Shown piece by piece: positions 39,985 through 49,382 of a stretch of DNA of 64,000 nucleotides (its first letter is position 1; each line of letters begins with the position of its first letter). The translations under genes and the position numbers were made by a program. The stretch is from Bdellovibrionota bacterium (lineage in GTDB: Bacteria > Bdellovibrionota_C > UBA2361 > OMII01), in NCBI GenBank assembly GCA_044356215.1, contig JBIKWQ010000003.1:953-64952 (forward strand), given 5' to 3'. Below the pieces are notes generated by a model, which was not told the origin of the DNA, searched no databases, and was given only the letters and a program-made list of their open reading frames with translations.

Positions 39985-41085
39985 TTATACCCCAACCTTC
40001 CCCACATACCCAGTCATCTCAAGATAACCAAATATCCCCTCATCCTCCGAGGTTACCGGCCCCTCCCAGTATTTAACTCCGTGCGCTGATTGATCATCCA
40101 AACCACCGCCAACTTCGCATTGATTAACTCTGGCCTTCAAAACTGCATCGATCCCCTCTGACGGAACCACTACACGCCACTGTATCGGATAATCAGCTCC
40201 GCTCGCCGCGCTCTTCCAATTAACTAAAGGTGTAATCTCAAAATCACTCGCGCTAAGCGCGCGCGTCCCTGTAAGGCTCCTTATGCCACCGGAAGCGAAA
40301 TCCTGCACTCCGTTTTTATTCCTTAGCCTAAACAACATTAAGCTTCGGCCGTCTTTTAAATTCAGACCAAACCAATCCCACCCGACCTGATCAGAGCTAA
40401 GTGAGTTAGTCATAAACTCGTGATCCATCCAGACTAAGCCAGATAAATCCCTCAACTTCCCCGCTCCCTCTCGTAAAGTGGCGCTTACTGCGATTCGCGG
40501 CATCGAGTAATACATTGATGCGCATGACTGACAAGCAGCCTTTTTACTTAATCCAAGTTCACCCTGCAACCACGGCGGACTCAGATCCCCACTTAAGACC
40601 CGCAGCTCCAGATCGAAACCTCTCTCCCCGTCTCGCACTGCAAAACGCGCGAAAAAACGATTCCCCACTGAGTCTATCGTCCAGTCACCTGAGTGAGCCG
40701 CGAGAGAATCATTAGCCACAGATGATATGCCCAGCGCACCTCCACCGACTCTCTTTGCATGATATGTTTTCTGTTTTGAGATATCAGTTAAAGCGGCGTG
40801 CGCCATGTACTCACTTATTATCTTACCTGACTTGCGATCTGAGCGCCTAAAGAAAGTAAGTTGGAATCCATACAAAGGCTTATCCTCGAACAGCTTGGCT
40901 TCCTTACTGAAGAGATGTCCAGTGTAGTACCACCACTCAGTCTGATATTGGTCATGGGCTCCATGATCTCGTGGGAAACTCCATTCATACCCCTTCTCAG
41001 CATGTTTTAACTCCTGCGCTATGACTAACGGGAGAGCTAAGATAATCGCGAAAAAAGCCGATAATACCGAATAAATCTTACTCAT
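39985..41085 (-). CDS. secreted lipocalin-like / CrtC (hydroxyneurosporene synthase)-like protein, AttH family
   Basis: It has a signal peptide and the motifs FPRDHGAHDQYQTEWWYYTGHLF, which are typical of the CrtC/AttH family. It is 366 aa. The start overlaps the end of the FtsX permease gene by 8 nt. Confidence 0.7.
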   Translation of the reverse strand: MSKIYSVLSAFFAIILALPLVIAQELKHAEKGYEWSFPRDHGAHDQYQTEWWYYTGHLFSKEAKLFEDKPLYGFQLTFFRRSDRKSGKIISEYMAHAALTDISKQKTYHAKRVGGGALGISSVANDSLAAHSGDWTIDSVGNRFFARFAVRDGERGFDLELRVLSGDLSPPWLQGELGLSKKAACQSCASMYYSMPRIAVSATLREGAGKLRDLSGLVWMDHEFMTNSLSSDQVGWDWFGLNLKDGRSLMLFRLRNKNGVQDFASGGIRSLTGTRALSASDFEITPLVNWKSAASGADYPIQWRVVVPSEGIDAVLKARVNQCEVGGGLDDQSAHGVKYWEGPVTSEDEGIFGYLEMTGYVGKVGV

Positions 41086-43630
41086 CTTCTAGCCTACCTG
41101 AAGTAACTATCTTCCTAACCAGAAAGTAACTAACTAAACTTGCCACGATTGTTACCGCGATCAAGAAAGCCGCGGACTCAAGCGCGGGCTCAAGACTCAC
41201 TTTAAATACAAGACTCCATCCAAACACCAGCGGATTGATATAGTCCGTTAAACACCACCCTATCCCTATACCGGCCAACACTCCAACAAAAGTCGCCATT
41301 GCGGAGATAAGAGTCGTCTCAATAACTAGCGAGAGCATCAAGGTTTTAGGCGCTACACCGATGACCTCTGCTATCCTTAACTCGCGCCGCCTCTCCCAGA
41401 TATATTGAGCCCCTGTCGATACCAATCCTAACAGCGCTAAGACAAACACGATCCAACGCACACTCTCTGTTACTCTAAAGGTTCTGTTAAATAGTGTTTC
41501 AACTAGATCGAAGAGCTCGCGCTGATCGCGGATACCGAGTGTCACTGGCAATTGACGTTTTAGACGCGATTTAATCCCCTCTAGCTCAACCGGATCCTTT
41601 AGATCGATCGTTAAACTATCTGGATAGTGATTCGGATATATACTCTCAAAATCCTCCTGATCGATCACTATTAATGGCGCCTCTGTCCCAAACTCTTGAA
41701 CTACCCCAACAACCTCAAAATCCCTCCCTTCTAGATGTACACGGCCACCGATATCGAGCCTTAGCTTTCTCACCGCGTTTTCACTTATAAGCGCTCGTCC
41801 GCGCCACGATATGTTGTCGCTTAAGCAGTGGCCATTGGTGAATCTATAGACACCCCTTACACATTGAGTCTTGAGGTTAGCCCCTCCCACCACTGTAGGT
41901 ATACTAAATGAGCTAACAGTTGTCTCAAAGTACGGGACGACCGCTTTTACCCCTGACAGCCCCTCAATCTCTCTGGATATTACTGGTTCTACTCGCCCAT
42001 CGTTACCACTGCCTGGCAGTGCCGATGAGATAAAGATATCTCCCGCTAATCTGGTGCCGCACCAGCCTCTAAGAGTCTCTCTAAAGCTACTTACCATCAA
42101 GGCGAGCCCTACCATCAAAGATATCGATACGCTCGCCGCGACTGCGCTTAGAATAAAGTTAGCGCCTGACTCTCTTAAGACCGACGCCGCTAAACGAACA
42201 CTCAATCGGGCTCGAAAGGGCGCGATAAATCTCGGTATGAGCTGTAACGCTAACGGCAGAGTCATAGCGGCCCCTAACAGGATCGCGGCGATACTGAGAT
42301 AAGCTAACACTGGTCGCTCAAAATAGATCAGCGCGAGTAGAACAAAGAGCGCGCTGAGGATCCCAAAACTAGCCGCGGTAGCGGCGAAGTTAAAGCCTAT
42401 CTTATGAATCTGCCTCTGCTCACAACGAGTGCCACGATAAGGCGGAAGGACTAGAACCTTTCTAGATCCTACTAGCGCCGCTATGGCTCCCAAACAAGTC
42501 ATGACTAGCGTTACTAACGCCGTATTCCAAAGGGAATTAACCCCATGCGCTTGGTAGAGAGCCACATTATATATCTCTCCAGCCGTCGAGCTTAGAAACC
42601 CACTAATCCTCGTCACTATCGGAGCGCCTAAAGTTAGTCCAATAAGCGAACCAAAAAAGCTAACCAGGGCCGCTTCTATTACCACCAACGCTAAGCACTC
42701 TAAGGGGGATGTCCCGATAGTCCTTAAGATTGCAAGTTCTCTTATTAATCCGCGCAGAGCTATCTGAGTCGCCTGTGAAATCAGTATCGCGCAAACTAGC
42801 GCTGTGATCGCCGCCATAATTAAGATATTAAAGCGGTACGCTGAAAGAAGCTGTTCTCCGCGCTCAATCGGCGCCGCTACGGATTCAACTCGAACCGGCG
42901 TACTATCAGGCGAGCAAGATAAGAGCCAGCTCCTCGTTAAATCAACAAGCTCTCGGCTGAAGTTGTTCTTCTCCGCGCCTGCGGCATACTGATAGAATCT
43001 AAGAGCTAACGTATCAACGGCGCCTACTTGACCTAGATCTGATAACGCGATCGCGAGATCGCTCTGAGCCGGAATCGTGTCACCCTGGGTGGCGCGGTAT
43101 ACCTCCAACTCAAATTCACTATTACTTGTGGTCAGCGATATCGTCTTAGAATCCCCGACTCCTAATTCATCAGCTAGATCACTGGCGATGAGCCGTTTGG
43201 GGGCTGCGGCTTCGTCGCTCAGCTGACTAAATAGATACAGAGCCGCCACCCTAACGGCCTTTGTTTTACCAGCTACAGAAACTACCCCAGCCTCACGTTT
43301 CAGAGCCAATACTTCAGCCTTGCTCGACAATTCTCTTAAACACGACGCGTACCTGGAAATCTCTAAACTGCCCCCGACCGGCGATATCAATACGTGGTAT
43401 GGACGCTCACCTAACGAGATTCCTCGTTCAAATGAATCAATACTCGCTAAACTAACCCTTAAAACCGCGCTGACAAGAGTCGCCGCTAGAGCCACGGCGA
43501 TAAAAGCCATCGCTGAACGGGCGGGGTCGGTAACGATCCTGCGTAAACTAAAGCGGAACCATAACCACACCGCTGACTTGAACGCTGATCTAACACCTGC
43601 CGGCCGAGATCGCTCCTCGTCACGTCGCAT
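41078..43630 (-). CDS. ABC transporter permease with two FtsX domains (MacB/YbbP-like)
   Basis: 850 aa. It has two repeats of a 4-TM FtsX-type domain, each with a large extracytoplasmic domain. It overlaps the ATPase gene by 11 nt. Confidence 0.85.
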   Translation of the reverse strand: MRRDEERSRPAGVRSAFKSAVWLWFRFSLRRIVTDPARSAMAFIAVALAATLVSAVLRVSLASIDSFERGISLGERPYHVLISPVGGSLEISRYASCLRELSSKAEVLALKREAGVVSVAGKTKAVRVAALYLFSQLSDEAAAPKRLIASDLADELGVGDSKTISLTTSNSEFELEVYRATQGDTIPAQSDLAIALSDLGQVGAVDTLALRFYQYAAGAEKNNFSRELVDLTRSWLLSCSPDSTPVRVESVAAPIERGEQLLSAYRFNILIMAAITALVCAILISQATQIALRGLIRELAILRTIGTSPLECLALVVIEAALVSFFGSLIGLTLGAPIVTRISGFLSSTAGEIYNVALYQAHGVNSLWNTALVTLVMTCLGAIAALVGSRKVLVLPPYRGTRCEQRQIHKIGFNFAATAASFGILSALFVLLALIYFERPVLAYLSIAAILLGAAMTLPLALQLIPRFIAPFRARLSVRLAASVLRESGANFILSAVAASVSISLMVGLALMVSSFRETLRGWCGTRLAGDIFISSALPGSGNDGRVEPVISREIEGLSGVKAVVPYFETTVSSFSIPTVVGGANLKTQCVRGVYRFTNGHCLSDNISWRGRALISENAVRKLRLDIGGRVHLEGRDFEVVGVVQEFGTEAPLIVIDQEDFESIYPNHYPDSLTIDLKDPVELEGIKSRLKRQLPVTLGIRDQRELFDLVETLFNRTFRVTESVRWIVFVLALLGLVSTGAQYIWERRRELRIAEVIGVAPKTLMLSLVIETTLISAMATFVGVLAGIGIGWCLTDYINPLVFGWSLVFKVSLEPALESAAFLIAVTIVASLVSYFLVRKIVTSGRLEDE

Positions 43631-44303
43631 CTACTATCGCCCCATCTCGCATGCGAATAACTCTATTACATCTTGCTACCGCGCTCTCACTGTGAGTCGC
43701 CATTATTATCGGCGTCCCCTGGCGGTTCACATCTTGAAGTAAAGTGAGCACCGAGGCGCCAGAAACGGAATCAAGATTGCCCGTAGGTTCATCCGCAATT
43801 AGCAAAGCTGGAGGTCGCGCTACCGCTCTCGCAATCGCGACTCTCTGGGTCTCTCCGCCGGAGAGAGTCGCTGGCACAACCTTTAGCCGGTGAGACAGCC
43901 CCAAGGTACTCAAGATCTCATGAGATCTTCTAAGCGATTCTCTTTCTCCCCATCCATTCAAGATACAAGGCAGCATTACATTCTCCTCAACCGTCAAAGT
44001 TGATAGGAGATTAAAGCTCTGAAAAACATAACCTATCCGCGCACGTCGATACTCTCTTAGCTTCTTGTCGGTGAGATCTCTTAGCGACACCCCCTCAAAC
44101 ACGATCTCTCCAGAGCTGGGGATATCTATTAAACCTAGCAAGCTAAGCAGGGTGCTCTTACCACATCCAGAGGGTCCAATTAGCGCGATAAAATCCGGTC
44201 GGTTCACCACTAAAGAAACTGAGCGGACCGCGTTTACCTCGCGCTCCCCATCCTTGAAAACTCGGACCAACTCACGTGCCTCTAAAAGTGCGGCTTCAGC
44301 CAT
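43620..44303 (-). CDS. ABC transporter ATP-binding protein (MacB/LolD-type)
   Basis: It has Walker A (GPSGCGKST), the ABC signature (LSGGETQRVAIARA) and Walker B (LLIADEPTGNLD). It is 227 aa. Confidence 0.9.
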   Translation of the reverse strand: MAEAALLEARELVRVFKDGEREVNAVRSVSLVVNRPDFIALIGPSGCGKSTLLSLLGLIDIPSSGEIVFEGVSLRDLTDKKLREYRRARIGYVFQSFNLLSTLTVEENVMLPCILNGWGERESLRRSHEILSTLGLSHRLKVVPATLSGGETQRVAIARAVARPPALLIADEPTGNLDSVSGASVLTLLQDVNRQGTPIIMATHSESAVARCNRVIRMRDGAIVDAT

Positions 44304-45519
44304 CGCTATTAACCTTTTTTCCTGAGTGTCCAGGCAATCTAATGTGTCGTGCCACTGTGCGCATCACTGTCTGTTCTTTGGACATAGCGAAGATCCAACC
44401 ACCACAGATCTTAAATGAACTACCCTCGATTCCAAAGCGCTCTAGAGACGCTGATATACGCCTCTTCTCAATCGGCTGAGAGAGTTGATAAAGCGACGCG
44501 AATTTCTCAAAGCACTCAGCCGCGCTAAACCACCCCTTAAAGCGCTCCCGTGGCTCGCGCGCTCTTCGTATCAACTCAGCGAACTCAGAGAAGGCTCTGG
44601 CGTGAACCGCAACACGTCTCCCTTTAACCTCATAAAAGCCCATCAGATCTCTATGTTTGGGGGTTAATTTAAATGATCCCAACTTATCACGCGGCGCTCT
44701 CTCTAACTCACCTCTTAAGAACGAGCTTAAGTGTCGTCCGTGCAACTCAATCACTCGATTTAAAACACCACGCTCCTCTATAAAGACAAATTTACCCGAC
44801 GCCCTTAGACCTTTATTTTTAGAATTAAGTAGATCATAAGGAACCACCATCGGAAAGCTCCTTGGTACCCTACGAGCGCGCTTCGCCAAATTTACCAGCG
44901 CTTTAAATGATACAAGTAAACTACTCTCGCAACCTGGATATCTACGTTGAAGGAACCGCGAGCCAATGGCGATCTGCCTAAATGATTTAATAACAGATTC
45001 AGGAATCAGCAGAGGTCCATCGCGCCTAGCTATCTTAGCCTCTAAGCCGAGTCGGCCTTGGGATAAACTCACTCCGGCCAGCCCAGAAAGCTCTGGATCC
45101 GCTGGATGAAGGTAATCAGCGGCGGGAAGAAGTGAACCCAAGTAGTATGGTAGGCCAAACTTTTGAGGGGCTGGAATCGTGACTGTGATTAGAGATCCAG
45201 TTAATACACTCTTACCTTCTACAAGATACTGCCTCTCTGGGGTGGCGCCATCAAATAGCCACTGCTTAGTTTTCTCGATACTCTTATCGGCGATCCCTTG
45301 GCTCTCTTGAAGCATCCACTTCTGAAAGGTCTCGACCACGCACTCGAAAGCCGATTCTGAAACGAATAGTCCCTTAGGAACAACACGAATATCGTTCCTG
45401 CGAGCCTCAAACCCCTTGTTACCTTTGAGCGACTCAATGAATTTAACTAGCGACGCCTCGCGCGCCTGCTGCGCCTGTCCCTCTGCCATAAGAACCCCTT
45501 CCTTAGGGAAGGCCGGCAA
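44296..45519 (-). CDS. hypothetical basic protein, first gene of the ABC/CrtC-like cluster
   Basis: 407-aa ORF with no TM segment and a high Arg/Lys content. I recognised no family. It overlaps the downstream ATPase gene by 8 nt. The real start is probably the second Met (MAEGQAQQ, at 45489), because the first codons overlap the palindromic element. Confidence 0.5.
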   Translation of the reverse strand: MPAFPKEGVLMAEGQAQQAREASLVKFIESLKGNKGFEARRNDIRVVPKGLFVSESAFECVVETFQKWMLQESQGIADKSIEKTKQWLFDGATPERQYLVEGKSVLTGSLITVTIPAPQKFGLPYYLGSLLPAADYLHPADPELSGLAGVSLSQGRLGLEAKIARRDGPLLIPESVIKSFRQIAIGSRFLQRRYPGCESSLLVSFKALVNLAKRARRVPRSFPMVVPYDLLNSKNKGLRASGKFVFIEERGVLNRVIELHGRHLSSFLRGELERAPRDKLGSFKLTPKHRDLMGFYEVKGRRVAVHARAFSEFAELIRRAREPRERFKGWFSAAECFEKFASLYQLSQPIEKRRISASLERFGIEGSSFKICGGWIFAMSKEQTVMRTVARHIRLPGHSGKKVNSDG

Positions 45520-45699
45520 AACCTACCCGTAGCGAGAAAGTGGAGGTTGAGTTGATATTCGATTTTCGAGATGGGAAAAAACCGCAAGTGTATCCACTGT
45601 GATACATTGAGGATTTTTTCCCATCTCGAAAAGTCGAAGAGCAGCTCAAGATCCGCTTTCGCAGTAGGGAGGGGTTTTGCCGGCCTTCCTTAGGTTTCA
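45497..45699. repeat. nested palindromic element of about 200 bp (MITE-like): outer imperfect inverted repeat, a 19-bp perfect inner inverted repeat and a central 6-bp inverted repeat
   Basis: The outer arms GGAAGGCCGGCAAAACC (45507-45523) and GGTTTTGCCGGCCTTCC (45673-45689) are exact over 17 bp. The inner arms TTTTCGAGATGGGAAAAAA (45563-45581) and TTTTTTCCCATCTCGAAAA (45614-45632) are perfect. The centre is TGTATC-cactgt-GATACA. The motif CTTCCTTAGG occurs at both outer flanks. Confidence 0.45.
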
Positions 45700-45747
45700 A
45701 ACCCTCTATAAGTACCCTTTTTCGCGGCTTTCAGCTACAGTCACCTC

Positions 45748-46893
45748 GTGCAACAGCGCCTTAACTGCCAAATTGATGGTCGAGATTCCTGGTCCAAGGC
45801 CAGAGCTCTGACGATCTCTACTATCCATGGAACCGTAGAGACACCGATATTTATGCCGGTGGCTACCCAAGGCGCGCTGCGCCACATAGATCTCTCCTTC
45901 GCTGACGATCTCGGATACCAGGTATTGCTGGCAAACACATATCACCTAATGATCCGACCTGGCGTTGAACATTTTCAGAGTAACGGCGATCTGCATTCCT
46001 TTATGCGTTGGCCACGTTCTGTGCTAACCGATTCTGGAGGGTTCCAGCTCTTCTCACTTAGTAAGCAGATCCGCATAACCGAGGAAGGCGCCTCATTCAG
46101 AAGCTACACAGATGGCCGCAAGATGCTCCTATCGCCCGAAAGCAGCATCGCGACTCAACGAGCGATCGGCAGCGATATCATGATGGTATTAGATCACTGC
46201 ATCCCGTCGACCTCACCCATAACGGATCTGCGAAAGGCACTTCAGCTAACTACTCGGTGGGCCAAGAGATCTCTTGAGGCACGCGGAGAGTCCAGGCAGG
46301 CGCTCTTTGGAATAGTACAAGGTGGTTGCAACCAAGAGCTAAGGAGCGAGAGTGCCTCGGAGATAACTCAATTAGCTTTCGATGGGTTCGCGCTTGGCGG
46401 GTTAGCAGTCGGCGAGACTCGAGCCGAGAGGGAAGATACGATAGAGTTTGCGGCTCCCCTCTTACCAGATGACAGACCCCGCTATGTAATGGGAATAGGC
46501 ACCCCGATCGATCTCCTTGAGGCGGTGCGTCGCGGGGCGGATATGTTCGATTGCATCCTGCCGACTGCTTTGGCAACTCAAGGTGTAGCTTTTACGAGCC
46601 TAGGAAAAGTGGATCTAAGGAGAGGAGTTTACAAAAACGTAAATTCGCCACTTGATAAAGATTGCCCATGCCGAACATGTCAGAGATTCACGAGAGCCTA
46701 CCTGCATCATTTAGTTAAAGCGAAGGAATCGATCGTTCAACAGCACATCAGTGTCCATAACCTAACTTTCTACAGGTCTCTGATGCATAGAATGCGCCAG
46801 GCTATTCTTGGGAATAGCTTTAGCGAAATGTACGGCAAAGAGGCTGATAAGATAGCAGCGATGGATCTTGAGTTTCCAACGGTAACTGAATGA
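45748..46893 (+). CDS. tgt: queuine tRNA-ribosyltransferase
   Basis: It has the catalytic region VLTDSGGFQ and the zinc site (CPCRTCQRFTRAYLHHL). It is 381 aa. Confidence 0.9.
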   Translation: MQQRLNCQIDGRDSWSKARALTISTIHGTVETPIFMPVATQGALRHIDLSFADDLGYQVLLANTYHLMIRPGVEHFQSNGDLHSFMRWPRSVLTDSGGFQLFSLSKQIRITEEGASFRSYTDGRKMLLSPESSIATQRAIGSDIMMVLDHCIPSTSPITDLRKALQLTTRWAKRSLEARGESRQALFGIVQGGCNQELRSESASEITQLAFDGFALGGLAVGETRAEREDTIEFAAPLLPDDRPRYVMGIGTPIDLLEAVRRGADMFDCILPTALATQGVAFTSLGKVDLRRGVYKNVNSPLDKDCPCRTCQRFTRAYLHHLVKAKESIVQQHISVHNLTFYRSLMHRMRQAILGNSFSEMYGKEADKIAAMDLEFPTVTE

Positions 46894-47236
46894 CCGCAGC
46901 TCTCATATCACTCATGGCGGCCGCGACGATCTTTGGGACGAGCGGTTTGTTTGTAAAGTCACTTGGACTTTCCGCGCTTGTGATAGCGTCTTTTAGGTTA
47001 CTGACTCCTGCTCTCATCTTATTCGCCACGAGCCCAAAGCTGGGGCTATCAATAATTAAGTCTCCTAGCAGACCTCTTCTATTAGCATCTAACCTTACCG
47101 CGCTACGGGTATTTTTCTGGGTTGTCGCGTTGAAATACGCATCTATCAGTAAATCGGGATGTGCTGTATGTAATTATGCTAGGGGAGGAGCTGACTTATA
47201 GAACCGTTGTTGGTGGCACTTTGATTTTATTATCGG
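46890..47236 (+). pseudogene. EamA/DMT-family transporter fragment (N-terminal 3-4 helices, then a +1 frameshift into a C-terminal helix); pseudogene or half-size DMT with a frameshift
   Basis: The ORF 46890-47201 reads like an EamA N-terminus (...ALKYASISKS). The +1 frame is open from about 47135 to 47236 and reads ...LTYRTVVGGTLILLSAWYARYTRG*, which looks like an EamA C-terminal helix. Together they give about 115 aa, versus about 290 aa for a full 10-TM EamA protein. Confidence 0.4.
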
Positions 47237-47356
47237 CTTGGTATGCGAGGTACACCCGAGGATGAGGGGGGTAATCTAGCCATGTCGTCGTATACGGTGC
47301 CGCATAACGACGACATGCACGTTTCACTCAATAATTACTGGGGAGGTTTATGATTT

Positions 47357-47917
47357 CTATCTGGGCTTTCTCGAAAGTTGCCCCTTGTACTTTACTTGAT
47401 AGCATACGTAAAAATTACCAAGTCGTCTTCCACTCCCTCTCTCTCTACAACCAACATAGATGCTGTGTTCTGCCTTTGCAATTTCATCATTAAATTTGGC
47501 AATCTTCGTATCAAGGTTGAACACTCCACACGCAGCTGCCTGTCTGCCTCTTGGAGTTGGATCCCTGTCTGATGGCGCCGAAACTAGGTTAAAGGCAGGA
47601 GGGAGATCTTTATACCTAGACATTAGAAATCCCGTTCCTGGTCTTCCATTTACAGTACCGTTAGCAAGTATATCACTTGATCCACCGAGGCGAGGTCCTT
47701 CTACCTCTAGAGGGAGACTTTTGCCGAAATTTAATTTTCTAGCTTGGTTACAGAATCTACCATCGATTACCACCTGCCTTTTTACAAAATCGACACTCCC
47801 AGAAAAGCTCGCATTGCCATATTTTTGAGAATCTATCGTATCGATAGTATCCGGCCGTGATTGTGCAAAACAGTTTGAAGATAACAACATACAAACACTT
47901 ACAATTATCTTTTTCAC
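47357..47917 (-). CDS. secreted hypothetical protein (signal peptide)
   Basis: 186 aa with an N-terminal signal MKKIIVSVCMLLSSNCFAQ. There is no recognised domain. It sits in an AT-rich stretch (47202-48132). Confidence 0.5.
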   Translation of the reverse strand: MKKIIVSVCMLLSSNCFAQSRPDTIDTIDSQKYGNASFSGSVDFVKRQVVIDGRFCNQARKLNFGKSLPLEVEGPRLGGSSDILANGTVNGRPGTGFLMSRYKDLPPAFNLVSAPSDRDPTPRGRQAAACGVFNLDTKIAKFNDEIAKAEHSIYVGCRERGSGRRLGNFYVCYQVKYKGQLSRKPR

Positions 47918-48132
47918 AATACCTCCATATTTATCCGCTCTTATATAATGTAACTTATTGGCAGTATTTTACAAGTCAGTACTGGCCTTGTCAATTAAAT
48001 AATGCTCACATTTTACATTATTAGCTAGTATGTTGATTTAATTGGAATCTAGTGCGCGGGCTGACGGCTCTGAAGTATTTTGAGGTCGCGGTGTCCGAAC
48101 CTAAATTGAACCACGGCTGGTACATCCACAGC

Positions 48133-49233
48133 TCATTCAGCATCCCTACCAAAAAACTCCACCACCATCCTCTCAAGCCAGCTATCCCTCATGGTTAAAC
48201 TATCTATGAATCCTACATGACCTCCATAGCGAGGCGTCTCTAAAGTAATCAACCTAGAATTACTAGCCTGCTGATAAGGAAAACACTCCGGAGAAAGAAA
48301 CGGATCATCAAGAGCTGAAACCAGGAGTAGCGGCACCCTTACTGAATCCAGAAAACGGGAACCACTACACACGTCCCAGTAGTGGTCCACTGAATTAAAT
48401 CCATGTACTGGTGCTGTGTAACGGCTGTCGAACTCAGCGAATGAGGTGATATCATCAACGCCACTAGCGTCGATTAAATCTGGAAACATCGCAGCTTTCG
48501 ATTTAACTCTCTCCCGTAACGGGCGCATAAGATACTGCATGTACAAACGTCTAGATCGCCGCGCCAAGGTCAACGCCGACCCTCGCAGATCAAGTGGCGC
48601 CGATACCGAAACCGCCGCCATGATCTTGGCCGGTACCGACTTGCCTTGCTCACCCAGATACTTACACAGGATATTTCCGCCGATACTGATCCCGACTAAA
48701 AAGATCGAGGACTCCGGGTAGCACGCGTGCGCGTGGTCTACCACTGCCTTTAGGTCCTCGCTTTTCCCGCTATGATACCAAGATGGAAGCTTGTTCGGTT
48801 TAGATCCGCACCCGCGCATATTCCAGGTTAATGTCAGATAACCCGCTTGAGTTAGCGCCTTAGTTAGTCCAACTACATAACCACTATTAATCGATCCCTC
48901 CAGACCGTGGGTGATAATGGCTAGCCTATTATCCTTCCGATCGTTTAGGTCCCTCCCGAACCAGGCTAATTCAAGAGAGTCCCCGTCACTTAAATCAAGT
49001 GATTCTAATTGGGGGTGTAATTTATGGCTTTTGGGGCGAAACAGCGCCGGAAATATCGTCTGAATTGAGGGGGAGCGGAGCCAGACTGGGGGAGAAAATG
49101 TAGAGACTTCTAATGCAGGCATACCGCATAAGCTAAAAGGGGCTTCCGGATTCTGACCGTTACCCACAAGTAGTATTCGAGAGGAAAGATGCGTTGATAA
49201 TAATCTTGGAATTAGATCCGTCCTGCCAGGCAT
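48133..49233 (-). CDS. alpha/beta-fold hydrolase, YheT-like (COG0429)
   Basis: It has the HGLEGS motif, an RGCGSKPN loop and a nucleophile elbow GISIGGN. The real start is probably the internal MPALEVS. Confidence 0.75.
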   Translation of the reverse strand: MPGRTDLIPRLLSTHLSSRILLVGNGQNPEAPFSLCGMPALEVSTFSPPVWLRSPSIQTIFPALFRPKSHKLHPQLESLDLSDGDSLELAWFGRDLNDRKDNRLAIITHGLEGSINSGYVVGLTKALTQAGYLTLTWNMRGCGSKPNKLPSWYHSGKSEDLKAVVDHAHACYPESSIFLVGISIGGNILCKYLGEQGKSVPAKIMAAVSVSAPLDLRGSALTLARRSRRLYMQYLMRPLRERVKSKAAMFPDLIDASGVDDITSFAEFDSRYTAPVHGFNSVDHYWDVCSGSRFLDSVRVPLLLVSALDDPFLSPECFPYQQASNSRLITLETPRYGGHVGFIDSLTMRDSWLERMVVEFFGRDAE

Positions 49234-49382
49234 GGCTCGACATCTCTAATACTTCACTTTTCCCCTCCCCCTCTTTTCTCTCGCCGCTCTCTTTGTACAA
49301 AAAGGACCTGCTGAGCTTTTTCATTTAAACACCCGGATTAGGGGCGAGCGATAAACCCGCGCCCTATCCGGCTGCAACCGCT

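Noticed and set aside
49300-49382. Imperfect GC hairpin (CCGGATTAGGGGCG...CGCGCCCTATCCGG) just downstream of nrdB, considered as its terminator
   Set aside because: The stem has several bulges and no U-tract follows on the nrdB strand. It is too weak to call.
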